Under the pieces are notes generated by a model, which saw nothing but the letters and a program-made list of their open reading frames with translations, was not told the origin of the DNA and did not search any database. The position numbers were made by a program, and so were the translations under genes. Positions 1 to 8,356 of a stretch of 31,290 bases of DNA are shown here, piece by piece; the stretch's first letter is position 1; every line of letters starts with the position of its first letter. This DNA is from Candidatus Iainarchaeum sp. GTDB lineage: Archaea; Iainarchaeota; Iainarchaeia; Iainarchaeales; Iainarchaeaceae. Where the stretch lies: assembly GCA_038895675.1 (NCBI GenBank), contig JAWANB010000005.1, forward strand, positions 1 to 31,290. The letters are read 5' to 3'.

Positions 1-304
1 TAGGGTGATAATGGCCAAAAGTTTTATTGTATTCATCTCCAACAACAAAAGGTGGAAGTATTGTTATATCATACCTCAAAAAGTTCTTCTCTATTTTTTT
101 CTCGTCTTTTTTAAGGCAAACGTTTCTGTACATATAATAAAACTCTTTAGGCATCTTATGCGTGTTATTTTTCAAAACCGGAATCATTTGTTCTCTCGTT
201 CTCACATCAGCAACAACTTTTTTCATACCTTTGCCGAAAACAAGTCTGTTTTTTTTGTCCAATTTTAGAGGCAAGCCTGAAAATTCTGAAAGATCTATGC
301 TCAT
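1..304 (-). CDS. pgi: Cupin-type (archaeal) glucose-6-phosphate isomerase, 3' end runs off the window
   Basis: Not in the ORF track. Manual translation from ATG at 304 gives MSIDLSEFSGLPLKLDKKNRLVFG...FYYMYRNV...LRYDITILPPFVVGDEYNKTFGHYHP, open to the edge. YMYR, LRYDIT and G-x-EYNKTxGHYH are cupin GPI motifs. Divergent from pgk. Confidence 0.85.
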   Translation of the reverse strand, partial: MSIDLSEFSGLPLKLDKKNRLVFGKGMKKVVADVRTREQMIPVLKNNTHKMPKEFYYMYRNVCLKKDEKKIEKNFLRYDITILPPFVVGDEYNKTFGHYHP

Positions 305-381
305 ACAATTAATCAATGCAATAAAATATTTATTAGTTAATGCAGTAAACTTTTTAGGCGAAAGCCAAGGAGTGGTTAGGG

Positions 382-1584
382 TTGGATTACAAAAGCGTTT
401 TTGATTATCCACTAAAAGACAAAACTATTTTTTTTAGAGCTGATTTGAATAGTTCAGTAGTAGAAGGGAGAGTAGTGATTTCTTCAAGATTGAGAGAACA
501 CTCTAAAGCAATTTATGCTTTGAGCGAAGAAGGAGCAAAAGTAGTAGTGCTTTCTCACCAAGGCAGGTCAAAAGAACCAGACCAATTTATTCCTTTGAAA
601 AGGCATGCTGACTTTATTAGAAAATTTACAGGAAAAAAAGTCAATTTCGTTAAATGGGACGAAGACTATGTTAAAGCAATAAAAAATCTTTCTTCCGGCG
701 AAATATTGGTACTTGATAATACGCGATTTCAAAAAGACGAAGAACAAGAAAAAGATTGGCAAGAACACGCCAACTCAGAGTTTATAAAGAAATTAGGGCC
801 TTTAGGGGACCTTTTCGTGTTAGACGCTTTGAGTGTTTCACACAGATCTCATGCTAGCGTAGTAGGCTTCAAGAAATACATGCCCTGTGTAGTAGGGCCT
901 ACATTAGAAAGAGAATTAGAAGCATTATTAAAACTCAAAGAAAAAACAAAGAATGGCAAATTAGTTGTATTAGGCGGCGCAAAGCTTTCAGACTCGATTT
1001 TTTTGCTTAAAGGAATGCTCGAATCAGGAATGTGCAACGAAGCTTGTTTAGGAGGACTTTTCGGCGAATTATTTCTAAAAGCCAAAGGAACAGACTTTGG
1101 ACCTAAAGAAAAGTTGTTCCAAGAAAAAGGCTTTGATAAATTATTGCCACAAGCAAAAGAAATTTTAGCAAAATTCGAAAACAAAATAGTTTTGCCAATA
1201 GACTTAGCATTTGAAGAAAACACCAAAAGAAAAGAAATAAGAATACAAGAAATGCCAGCCAAATTCCCAACAATGGACATAGGAAGAGAGACAACAGAGC
1301 TTTTCAAAGCAAAAATAAGAGCCTCAAATATAGTTGTTTTTAATGGGCCAATGGGCGTCTACGAAGAAAAAAAATTCACGATAGGCACTAAAAAGATTCT
1401 TGAAGCAATAGCGTTCCACAGGTGCTTTTCAATTTTAGGAGGCGGAGACACTGAAAGAGCATTAACCTCTTTTGGCTTGTTGCCACAAGACTTTAGCCAT
1501 GTTTCCTTAGCAGGAAAAGCTTTATTGCAGTACTTGTCAAACCAACCCTTGCCAGGGCTCGAAATACTAGAAAAAACCACTTAA
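382..1584 (+). CDS. pgk: Phosphoglycerate kinase
   Basis: RADLN, SHQGR, LDNTRF, SHRSHAS, LGGAK, FNGPMGVYE and GGGDT motifs. TTG start preceded by AGGAGTGG. Confidence 0.95.
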   Translation: MDYKSVFDYPLKDKTIFFRADLNSSVVEGRVVISSRLREHSKAIYALSEEGAKVVVLSHQGRSKEPDQFIPLKRHADFIRKFTGKKVNFVKWDEDYVKAIKNLSSGEILVLDNTRFQKDEEQEKDWQEHANSEFIKKLGPLGDLFVLDALSVSHRSHASVVGFKKYMPCVVGPTLERELEALLKLKEKTKNGKLVVLGGAKLSDSIFLLKGMLESGMCNEACLGGLFGELFLKAKGTDFGPKEKLFQEKGFDKLLPQAKEILAKFENKIVLPIDLAFEENTKRKEIRIQEMPAKFPTMDIGRETTELFKAKIRASNIVVFNGPMGVYEEKKFTIGTKKILEAIAFHRCFSILGGGDTERALTSFGLLPQDFSHVSLAGKALLQYLSNQPLPGLEILEKTT

Positions 1585-1617
1585 CACAAAAAATTTTAAC
1601 TTGCCAGTTATTCATTT

Positions 1618-2175
1618 TTACTTGCCAATTATTGATTTTTTTTGAATAAAAAACTCGTTAACATCATTCTGGTATTGCACTTCCATAATAAAATCATACA
1701 ACTCGTTACTTTTTAGTTTATCCTTAGCCACAATAAGAGTTTCAGAAACCCAAAGGTTTGCTTTATAAAAGTTCCCAGAACTGGATTTTGCTATATTTTC
1801 AAATTCATCTCTTGGAGAATGATACTTAAGCATTTCTTCACCATCAGAACTTTTTATGTAATAAGTAACGTTTTTTAAGTTCTTTTTAGGCAAAACCATG
1901 ATTGTAATATCTCCATTATCTTCAGTAATTTTTTTATCATACCTTGGTTGCTCTATGTAAACATTATCTACAAAAGTTTTTTCTCTTTCGGTAAAACCAA
2001 AGACGCTCAAATTCAATTGTTGATCGCTGGTAGAAAGATAAACAGCAGTAGCTAATACAAAAACAACTACGACACCGCTAAAAACAAGCAAATAGTCCAA
2101 AGAAGCTTGTGCTTTTTTTTGCATTAAAGAAATGAAGTTTTTCACCTTTAAAGTGTTTTCCTTTGAAACAAACAA
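1618..2175 (-). CDS. Class III signal peptide (archaeal pilin-like) protein; alternative start ATG at 2124
   Basis: KKAQ-ASLDY followed by a hydrophobic helix, a prepilin-peptidase-type processing motif. The C-terminal domain resembles those of 5837..6739 and 6766..7308. Confidence 0.7.
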   Translation of the reverse strand: MFVSKENTLKVKNFISLMQKKAQASLDYLLVFSGVVVVFVLATAVYLSTSDQQLNLSVFGFTEREKTFVDNVYIEQPRYDKKITEDNGDITIMVLPKKNLKNVTYYIKSSDGEEMLKYHSPRDEFENIAKSSSGNFYKANLWVSETLIVAKDKLKSNELYDFIMEVQYQNDVNEFFIQKKSIIGK

Positions 2176-2294
2176 TTAATACCTAATAAAAAGTTTGCTT
2201 TTTTATCCAAAAACCTTTTAAATAAGTTTAACTTTTGTAATTACGATTATCCAAGTTTTTTGGAAATCTCTGAAATTCAAAAAGAGGGTTTGGT

Positions 2295-2558
2295 ATGTAT
2301 AAGTATACTATTGCAAAACAACTTGCCACTAAAAGAGTCATAACCAATAGAGGAGACGAAGTAGGAAAGCTTCTTGATTTACTAGTTAATGAAGCAACTG
2401 GCGAAATAGAACACTTGCTTGTCGAAGTAGACAGAGACAGCAAAATAGCTAAAAGAATTGATTTGAAAGACAGAATCATAGAAATACCCTATTCTGCTGT
2501 CACTGCTGTTAGTGATGTCTTTATAGTGGATGAACGAGAATTAGGAGTAAAAGATTAA
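2295..2558 (+). CDS. PRC-barrel domain protein
   Basis: KRVITNRGDEVGKLLDLLVNEATGEIEHLLV...IPYSAVTAVSDVFIV is a typical archaeal stand-alone PRC barrel. Confidence 0.85.
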   Translation: MYKYTIAKQLATKRVITNRGDEVGKLLDLLVNEATGEIEHLLVEVDRDSKIAKRIDLKDRIIEIPYSAVTAVSDVFIVDERELGVKD

Positions 2559-2665
2559 TTTCTCTTCATCTTTCACATTTATTTTCTTTATTGCCAATTT
2601 TTTGTTATTTGAAATAATTTGTCTACAAGGCTCATATTTAATCTTTATTTTATTATTATCTTAAT

Positions 2666-3784
2666 ATGGAAATTGACAATTTTTGTTTAAGATGCCTCAT
2701 AAAAGAAATAAAAGAAACTATTGAAGGAGCTTATGTTAACAAAGTTTCAGAAATAGAAAACGGAACAATAAAACTAAAATTACATACAAAAAAAGGCTCT
2801 AAAGACATGATACTGACAAAAAACGTTTTTTATCTAACTTCCTTTTCCTATCAAGCAAGGCAAGGCAAGAGTAATTTTGCCGAGAGCCTAAAAAAAAATC
2901 TTTACAATAAAAGAATTTTAGGATTAGAACAACATGGTTCTGACAGAGTTGCTAAACTATTGTTTTTGGACTATACTTTAGTTTTGGAGTTCATTGGAGA
3001 AGGAAACAAAATATTGTTAGACAAAGACAATAAAATTATAGCCTGTGAAAAAAATGAAGAATGGTCCGATAGAATAACAAAAAAAGGCGAAACATACAAA
3101 TTTCCACAACTGAAATCTGTTTCGCCAATAAACTTGACTAAAAATCAATTAATTGAAATATTTTCAAAGTCCGAAAAAGACACGATAAGAACTTTAATAA
3201 GTTGTATTAATTTGTCGCCTGTTTTTGCAGAAGAAGTTCTGTATAGGTTAAAAATAAATAAAAATAAGAAAGCAAAAGAAATTACCGAAGAGGAATCAAA
3301 CCAAATATCAACTCTAATAAATTCTTTATTTAATGCTGAAAAAGAATTCTTTAGTCCTTCACTTTACCAAACATTTGCTTATCCAATAAAGCTTATGAGC
3401 ATAGCAGAAGAACCAAAAAGTATGGAAAGGTTCAACGATTGTATTGACGAATTTTTTTCAAAAGTAGCAAAGCAAAATAAAGGAGTTGAAAAAAATATTA
3501 AAATACCAAAAATAGAGTTCTTAAAAAAACAACAAGAAGAAGCTAAAAAGAAATTTCTAAAAGCGATTGAAGAAAACACAAAAAAAGGCGAGATTATTTA
3601 TAGTAATTTGCACGAAATAGAGGAATTAAGGACAGAAGTTTTAAACTTAATCAAAAAAGGTATGAAAGAAGAAGAAATACTAAAAGAAATTCACTCTAAG
3701 GCTCTTCAAAAACCTTTTTTTAAAAATTTGAAAAGCGTTTTTCTTGACAAAAAAAAGATTGAAATAGAGGTAGAAGAAAAATGA
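2666..3784 (+). CDS. rqcH: NFACT/RqcH (Rqc2/FbpA) family protein, N-terminal part only
   Basis: NFACT-N features (G-S-DR, LEFIGEGNKILLD, R..KKGETYKFP), HhH region (LSPVFAEEVLYR) and coiled coil (KKGEIIYSN). No NFACT-R domain is visible. Confidence 0.8.
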   Translation: MEIDNFCLRCLIKEIKETIEGAYVNKVSEIENGTIKLKLHTKKGSKDMILTKNVFYLTSFSYQARQGKSNFAESLKKNLYNKRILGLEQHGSDRVAKLLFLDYTLVLEFIGEGNKILLDKDNKIIACEKNEEWSDRITKKGETYKFPQLKSVSPINLTKNQLIEIFSKSEKDTIRTLISCINLSPVFAEEVLYRLKINKNKKAKEITEEESNQISTLINSLFNAEKEFFSPSLYQTFAYPIKLMSIAEEPKSMERFNDCIDEFFSKVAKQNKGVEKNIKIPKIEFLKKQQEEAKKKFLKAIEENTKKGEIIYSNLHEIEELRTEVLNLIKKGMKEEEILKEIHSKALQKPFFKNLKSVFLDKKKIEIEVEEK

Positions 3785-4707
3785 GCATGTCAAAAATTGT
3801 CTTCATTTTTTTATTCCTAATTTTTTTTTCAAGTATTGTCTTCTCTTGCAATACTGCTTTAGATTGTAAAGAAAACGAGTTTTGTATAGAAGGTATTTGC
3901 GGAAAATGTGATAAAGAAAACATTGGTAAGTTATGCAGTGATGATATAATTAATAGTTATACTAATGACGGAGTTTGCACTTTTGATAACAAATGTGAAG
4001 AAACTTCTGTTTGTTATAATGCCGCTTCTAACAAAATTTTTTCAACGTGTGCTCTTTGTGAGGATGGTAGTAAATGCATAACAGATTTCCAAGGAAAAAT
4101 AGAGTATGATGGAATATGCTTTAACGGAAATTGTTTTTCTGATTATTGTGTTTCTAATTCTTTAGGGCTAATATCTTATTGTGGTTCGTTGTCAGAAGCA
4201 TGTTCTATTTTTAATGAAGAAAAACAATGTGATTTTGTTGGTGATGCAGAGTTCAGACCTGAAAATAAAAGATGTCATGAAGGAAAGTGTTCGGAGCAAA
4301 AGAACGAATTAATTGAAGAAAAAGAAATAAAATTAGAAAAAAACAGTCAAATTATAAAGGAAGAAAAAAAACAATTAGATGTTCTTTCCTTAATTTTCGG
4401 AAAATTAATCGATGAACCAATACTATTTGTTTCTTTATTTTTATTAACTTTTTTTGCTGTTATAATGTTTTATAATAAGTCAAACGAAAAGCTTTTGGAA
4501 AAAGCTAAAACCACTGCACAAAAAAGGTTTACCATGTTTATCAATGGCGTTTTTTCTTCTTTATTGTTTTTTTCAATTTTTCAAATAGCCAATATTTTTG
4601 GCTACAAATTTGCTTATATTATTTCTATAATTCTTATTTTTGGGTTATCAATAACTTACTTTTTTAAAAAGGCAAAGCTAAAAGAAAGAAAAATTCTAAA
4701 AGTTTAA
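3781..4707 (+). CDS. Cysteine-rich surface/membrane protein
   Basis: Signal peptide, 20 Cys in the ectodomain, charged linker and about 3 C-terminal hydrophobic segments. ATGA overlap with the upstream gene. Confidence 0.75.
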   Translation: MSMSKIVFIFLFLIFFSSIVFSCNTALDCKENEFCIEGICGKCDKENIGKLCSDDIINSYTNDGVCTFDNKCEETSVCYNAASNKIFSTCALCEDGSKCITDFQGKIEYDGICFNGNCFSDYCVSNSLGLISYCGSLSEACSIFNEEKQCDFVGDAEFRPENKRCHEGKCSEQKNELIEEKEIKLEKNSQIIKEEKKQLDVLSLIFGKLIDEPILFVSLFLLTFFAVIMFYNKSNEKLLEKAKTTAQKRFTMFINGVFSSLLFFSIFQIANIFGYKFAYIISIILIFGLSITYFFKKAKLKERKILKV

Positions 4708-4715
4708 TTGAAAGT

Positions 4716-5684
4716 TCATATTTCAGTTTTCAATACTTTTGGTTTGTACTTTAAAATAGCTTTTTCAATTCCGTTTTTTGTTAACAAAATATTTTTTGTA
4801 CCTAAATTTGACACTACTGAAGCTGCTTCTACAGTCCCATATTGCATAGCTCTTTCTAAACTATAACCTTTAATAATAGCAAAAGTAAAGGCTGAAGAAA
4901 ATGCGTCTCCAGCACCAGTTACGTCTACTATTGGAACATCAATGGGTTCTATAAAAAAAAGGTTTTTACCATCACAACAATACGCTCCATGTTTTCCATC
5001 AGTTATTACAGAGATTTTTCCTAAATCAAGTAATTTTATTATATTTCTATTTATGTCGGCAGAACCTGTAAGCATTAAAGCTTCATGACTATTGACTATA
5101 AAGACATCTGCTTTACCTGGCAATGATTTTAGGTAAGAAAAACCTCTTTCTAACTCTACCTTTCCTGGATTCCAAGCAACTTTTATTTTGTTTTTTTGTG
5201 TATGCGAAAAAATTTCTCTTAACAAATTCCCTTTTGAATGAAGACTACTTATGTAAAACCATTTAGATTTTACTTTTTTCCAATTTATTTTTTCTGACTC
5301 AAAAAGTTCCGTAGCACCTCTATAAAATAGTATTACTCTATCTCTGCCAAAACCTGTTAAAATTACCGAATAAGATGTTTCGGATTTTTTTGTTATTATG
5401 CAATGTTTTGTGTTCACCTTTTCTTTTTTCATTTCAGCTAAAATTTTTTTTCCTGATTCATCATTACCTATTACAAACAAAGCGCCTGTTTTTAGGCCTA
5501 ACCTTGAAAAAGCTACAGCTGAATTTGTGGAGCCTCCGCCTATTGAAAAAATCACATCGTTTATTTCTACTTTTGAGCCTGGCAAAAAAACACATTCTTC
5601 TGTTTGAAAATTTGATTTTGGCACAAAGACAAACACGTCTTCAGTTGCAGACCCTATTGAAATGACGTCGAGCAAAAAATTCAC
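4716..5684 (-). CDS. PfkB/ribokinase-family carbohydrate kinase
   Basis: IGSATED, GGGSTNSAVAFSRLG, WNPG, VNSHEA and DVTGAGDAF motifs. GTG start. Confidence 0.93.
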   Translation of the reverse strand: MNFLLDVISIGSATEDVFVFVPKSNFQTEECVFLPGSKVEINDVIFSIGGGSTNSAVAFSRLGLKTGALFVIGNDESGKKILAEMKKEKVNTKHCIITKKSETSYSVILTGFGRDRVILFYRGATELFESEKINWKKVKSKWFYISSLHSKGNLLREIFSHTQKNKIKVAWNPGKVELERGFSYLKSLPGKADVFIVNSHEALMLTGSADINRNIIKLLDLGKISVITDGKHGAYCCDGKNLFFIEPIDVPIVDVTGAGDAFSSAFTFAIIKGYSLERAMQYGTVEAASVVSNLGTKNILLTKNGIEKAILKYKPKVLKTEI

Positions 5685-5803
5685 CTATAAAAATAAGTCT
5701 AATAATAAATTAAAGTTTTGCTGAGAAGCAGGAATAAAAACGATTTAAAGACTCAAGCTCTGAAAACCAAAATGATTTCTACAAAGCAACTAATTTCACA
5801 AAC

Positions 5804-5812
5804 TTTAAATAT
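5804..5812 (+). promoter_or_regulatory. TATA box of a probably leaderless transcript for the pilin-like pair
   Basis: AAA-CTTTAAATA ending about 25 nt before ATG 5837, with no RBS. Confidence 0.5.
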
Positions 5813-5836
5813 TGAAAAAACCTTTTAATTTGAAGT

Positions 5837-6739
5837 ATGAGAGCACAAATAAGTACTGAATTATTAGCTTTGGTTGGTGCTGTTTTTGTGATTTCTTCAT
5901 TAGTAGCATATTTTGTGCTTGGTTCAGGTTTGAACACCTCGGCAATTGAAGATACTTTTCCAGTTATAACTGGTCTTTTCGGAAGAGAAAAGACAGTAAA
6001 ATTGGTTAAACCAACAGAGTTAGAGCAAGTAACAATACCTGTTAATAGTTTTGTGGAACTTTATCCTGAGATAATTACTAAAAAAAATCCTTCTTCCATT
6101 ACTTATTCTATTCTTGAAAATGGGCAACCAAAGAAAAATTGTGTATTGTCAGTGTCTAAACCAAACATTCCTTTGAATACGAGGACGCAAATAAAAAATA
6201 GTGGCGGTGTTGCAGAAAAAATTTTGGTTTATGTGGAAGGTTCTTCCTGTCCTATAGATAAATGTTGTCTTAAAGAAGGTTATTATGATTCAAAAGTAGA
6301 AATTGTTGTTGATTCAAAAACTTATTCCGATGTTCAAAAAAAAGGTGTAGTTAGTTTAGGTGCTGCAAAGTTTTCTGTGGTTTATCCTACTTCTAGTCCT
6401 CAACTAACTATGAAAGTAGGCGATTCTTTGGTACTTACTCCAATAGTAAGTTTTAATAGGCCTTTGACAAACATTTCTTTTTTAATCATTGGCAAGCCTG
6501 GTTGTTCAATTAATGTATCTAATCCAGCAATGAATCCTTCTAATAATTCTGAAATAAAAGATTCAAGCGGAAATGTGAAATCTATATTAATACAAGCAAG
6601 AAGCAATTGTAGTGGTGTTTCTGGTTGTTGCCTTACTCCTTTGTCCGGAGGCGGCGCTTATAGCGCTGTTTCTTTCGCATACTTTAATGATGGTGGGATC
6701 GCTTCTGCTAATGTCGGTGGTTTTCTCAAAGTTTCATAG
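5837..6739 (+). CDS. Class III signal peptide pilin-like protein with two tandem Cys-containing domains
   Basis: MRAQ-ISTE plus hydrophobic helix. Two ~120-aa repeats, each with C...C-x4-5-CCL. Confidence 0.75.
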   Translation: MRAQISTELLALVGAVFVISSLVAYFVLGSGLNTSAIEDTFPVITGLFGREKTVKLVKPTELEQVTIPVNSFVELYPEIITKKNPSSITYSILENGQPKKNCVLSVSKPNIPLNTRTQIKNSGGVAEKILVYVEGSSCPIDKCCLKEGYYDSKVEIVVDSKTYSDVQKKGVVSLGAAKFSVVYPTSSPQLTMKVGDSLVLTPIVSFNRPLTNISFLIIGKPGCSINVSNPAMNPSNNSEIKDSSGNVKSILIQARSNCSGVSGCCLTPLSGGGAYSAVSFAYFNDGGIASANVGGFLKVS

Positions 6740-6765
6740 AAATTTCATATATTTAGGGTTTTTAT

Positions 6766-7308
6766 ATGAGGTCACAATCGAGTTTTGAGATGGTTATTTT
6801 ATTTGCAGTAACAACGGTTTTGGTTGCTACTCTTACTTACTTGGTTTTAGGTATTTTGCAAACAACAGGAGCAATAACAGACAAACCTTTTGATATTACT
6901 ACAAGTCAAAAATCAAATATACTAATAGTAGAGCCTACGACAAAAGCGCCTTTTAAAATCGAAGGGTCTAGTTATGGCGAAATTCAAGCTAAAATTCTTC
7001 AAAAAAAGCCTGCAAAATTAGTTAGTTTTTCTGTTATTCAAAATGGTCAGCCAGTAAAAGACGATTTAGGAAATAAGCAAATTGGTTGTGAAATAAATAC
7101 TTCTTTTCCACTAAATAAGGAGGTTAACACTAACATTCACTTAGGCAATATTGAAGTTTATAAAATTAGTGATTTTTCTAATTGCCCTTCAGAAAATCCT
7201 TGTTGTCTTAAACCAGGTTTTTATGACGTAAAAGCAGAAGCAAAGTTTTACCATAACGATTCTAATGATACAATAATAGAGAAAAAAGCCGTTATAATAA
7301 AAGATTAG
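6766..7308 (+). CDS. Class III signal peptide pilin-like protein, paralog of the upstream gene
   Basis: MRSQ-SSFE plus hydrophobic helix. One copy of the domain (NGQP...CPSENPCCLKPGFYD). Confidence 0.75.
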   Translation: MRSQSSFEMVILFAVTTVLVATLTYLVLGILQTTGAITDKPFDITTSQKSNILIVEPTTKAPFKIEGSSYGEIQAKILQKKPAKLVSFSVIQNGQPVKDDLGNKQIGCEINTSFPLNKEVNTNIHLGNIEVYKISDFSNCPSENPCCLKPGFYDVKAEAKFYHNDSNDTIIEKKAVIIKD

Positions 7309-7416
7309 TTTTTTTGGGGTTTGTGGAATTTTCAGGTCTCTATTTGTTGGTCTTTTCAAAATAGTTTTTTAGACTAATTTTTGTTTGTTTTTAAGTTATT
7401 TTTATAGAGTATTTTT

Positions 7417-7656
7417 TCAGCATTCTTCTGGCTCTATTTTATTTCTAATCAGGCAAGAAAAAAGCTGGTCATTTCTTTCAGAAAGTCTTTGGTTTATTTC
7501 AAGCATTGAGTTATAGTCATTGGTTTGAAAATTCTTGCTAATGTTGGTAGAGTAAAAGTCCATTGCGAAGACGCCTAAAATAAAACCAGCGAAAAAAATT
7601 ATTACTAATAATATTTTGTCAGCTGTCCAAAATTGTTCCGAAATTATTCTTCCCAT
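7417..7656 (-). CDS. Small single-pass membrane protein
   Basis: One TM helix (ILLVIIFFAGFILGVFAM), short coiled coil and two C-terminal Cys. Confidence 0.65.
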   Translation of the reverse strand: MGRIISEQFWTADKILLVIIFFAGFILGVFAMDFYSTNISKNFQTNDYNSMLEINQRLSERNDQLFSCLIRNKIEPEEC

Positions 7657-7751
7657 GCTAAATAAAGAGTAAGTAAAAAATATAATAATGCCTTTTTGTC
7701 CAAAAATGTCCTAAATGTTAAGTTTATCTTTTCTTATAACAAACTATTTTT

Positions 7752-8318
7752 ATGAGTCTTATTAAGTCCGTTAAAAAAATTTTTCAGAAAAAAGATACTG
7801 CTGAAGAAGTTTTAGAAAAAATTAAGGAGCTTGAAAAAAAATTTCACTCAAAAGAAATACTTGAAATGGAGTATCAGCGAAAACAAAAAAATTTAGAGTT
7901 AGAGTTTTTATGCATTAACCTTTATCATTATATTTTGAAGATGATTGCGGAGACAAAAGATTTTGTTAACTTAAATATTGATTTTTTGGACGAAAAAGGC
8001 AAGGAATATGTAAACTTGTTGAAGAACCTTGAAAATTCTATTGTAGAGAAACACAAAAACTATAAGAACGGAAAAATTAACCTTGAAAATTGGCATTTAT
8101 ACCTAAAAGAGAAAAACTCTGAGACGATAGAATTGAATCATTCTATAAAGAGCATGGTAAGAACAAACAAGGCAAAAAAGACTAAAGAAATAATAGACTT
8201 ATTAGAAAAAAATTTTTCAAATAAAGAAAAAAGCAAAGAAGATAAATTGGTTGAAGAACTTTTTGGCGAATTTCAAACAAAAACTTCAACAAAGAAAAAA
8301 AGAAAAGCAAAGAAATAA
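7752..8318 (+). CDS. Hypothetical helical/coiled-coil protein
   Basis: 188-aa Lys/Glu-rich ORF with genome-typical composition, upstream of gap. Confidence 0.7.
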   Translation: MSLIKSVKKIFQKKDTAEEVLEKIKELEKKFHSKEILEMEYQRKQKNLELEFLCINLYHYILKMIAETKDFVNLNIDFLDEKGKEYVNLLKNLENSIVEKHKNYKNGKINLENWHLYLKEKNSETIELNHSIKSMVRTNKAKKTKEIIDLLEKNFSNKEKSKEDKLVEELFGEFQTKTSTKKKRKAKK

Positions 8319-8356
8319 AAAAATAAAGAGCGTGTTTTTTGCAGTGAGGTGCTTTT

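Noticed and set aside
5..404. Plus-strand ORFs 5..268 and 162..404
   Set aside because: They are shadows of the minus-strand cupin PGI, which has real family motifs.
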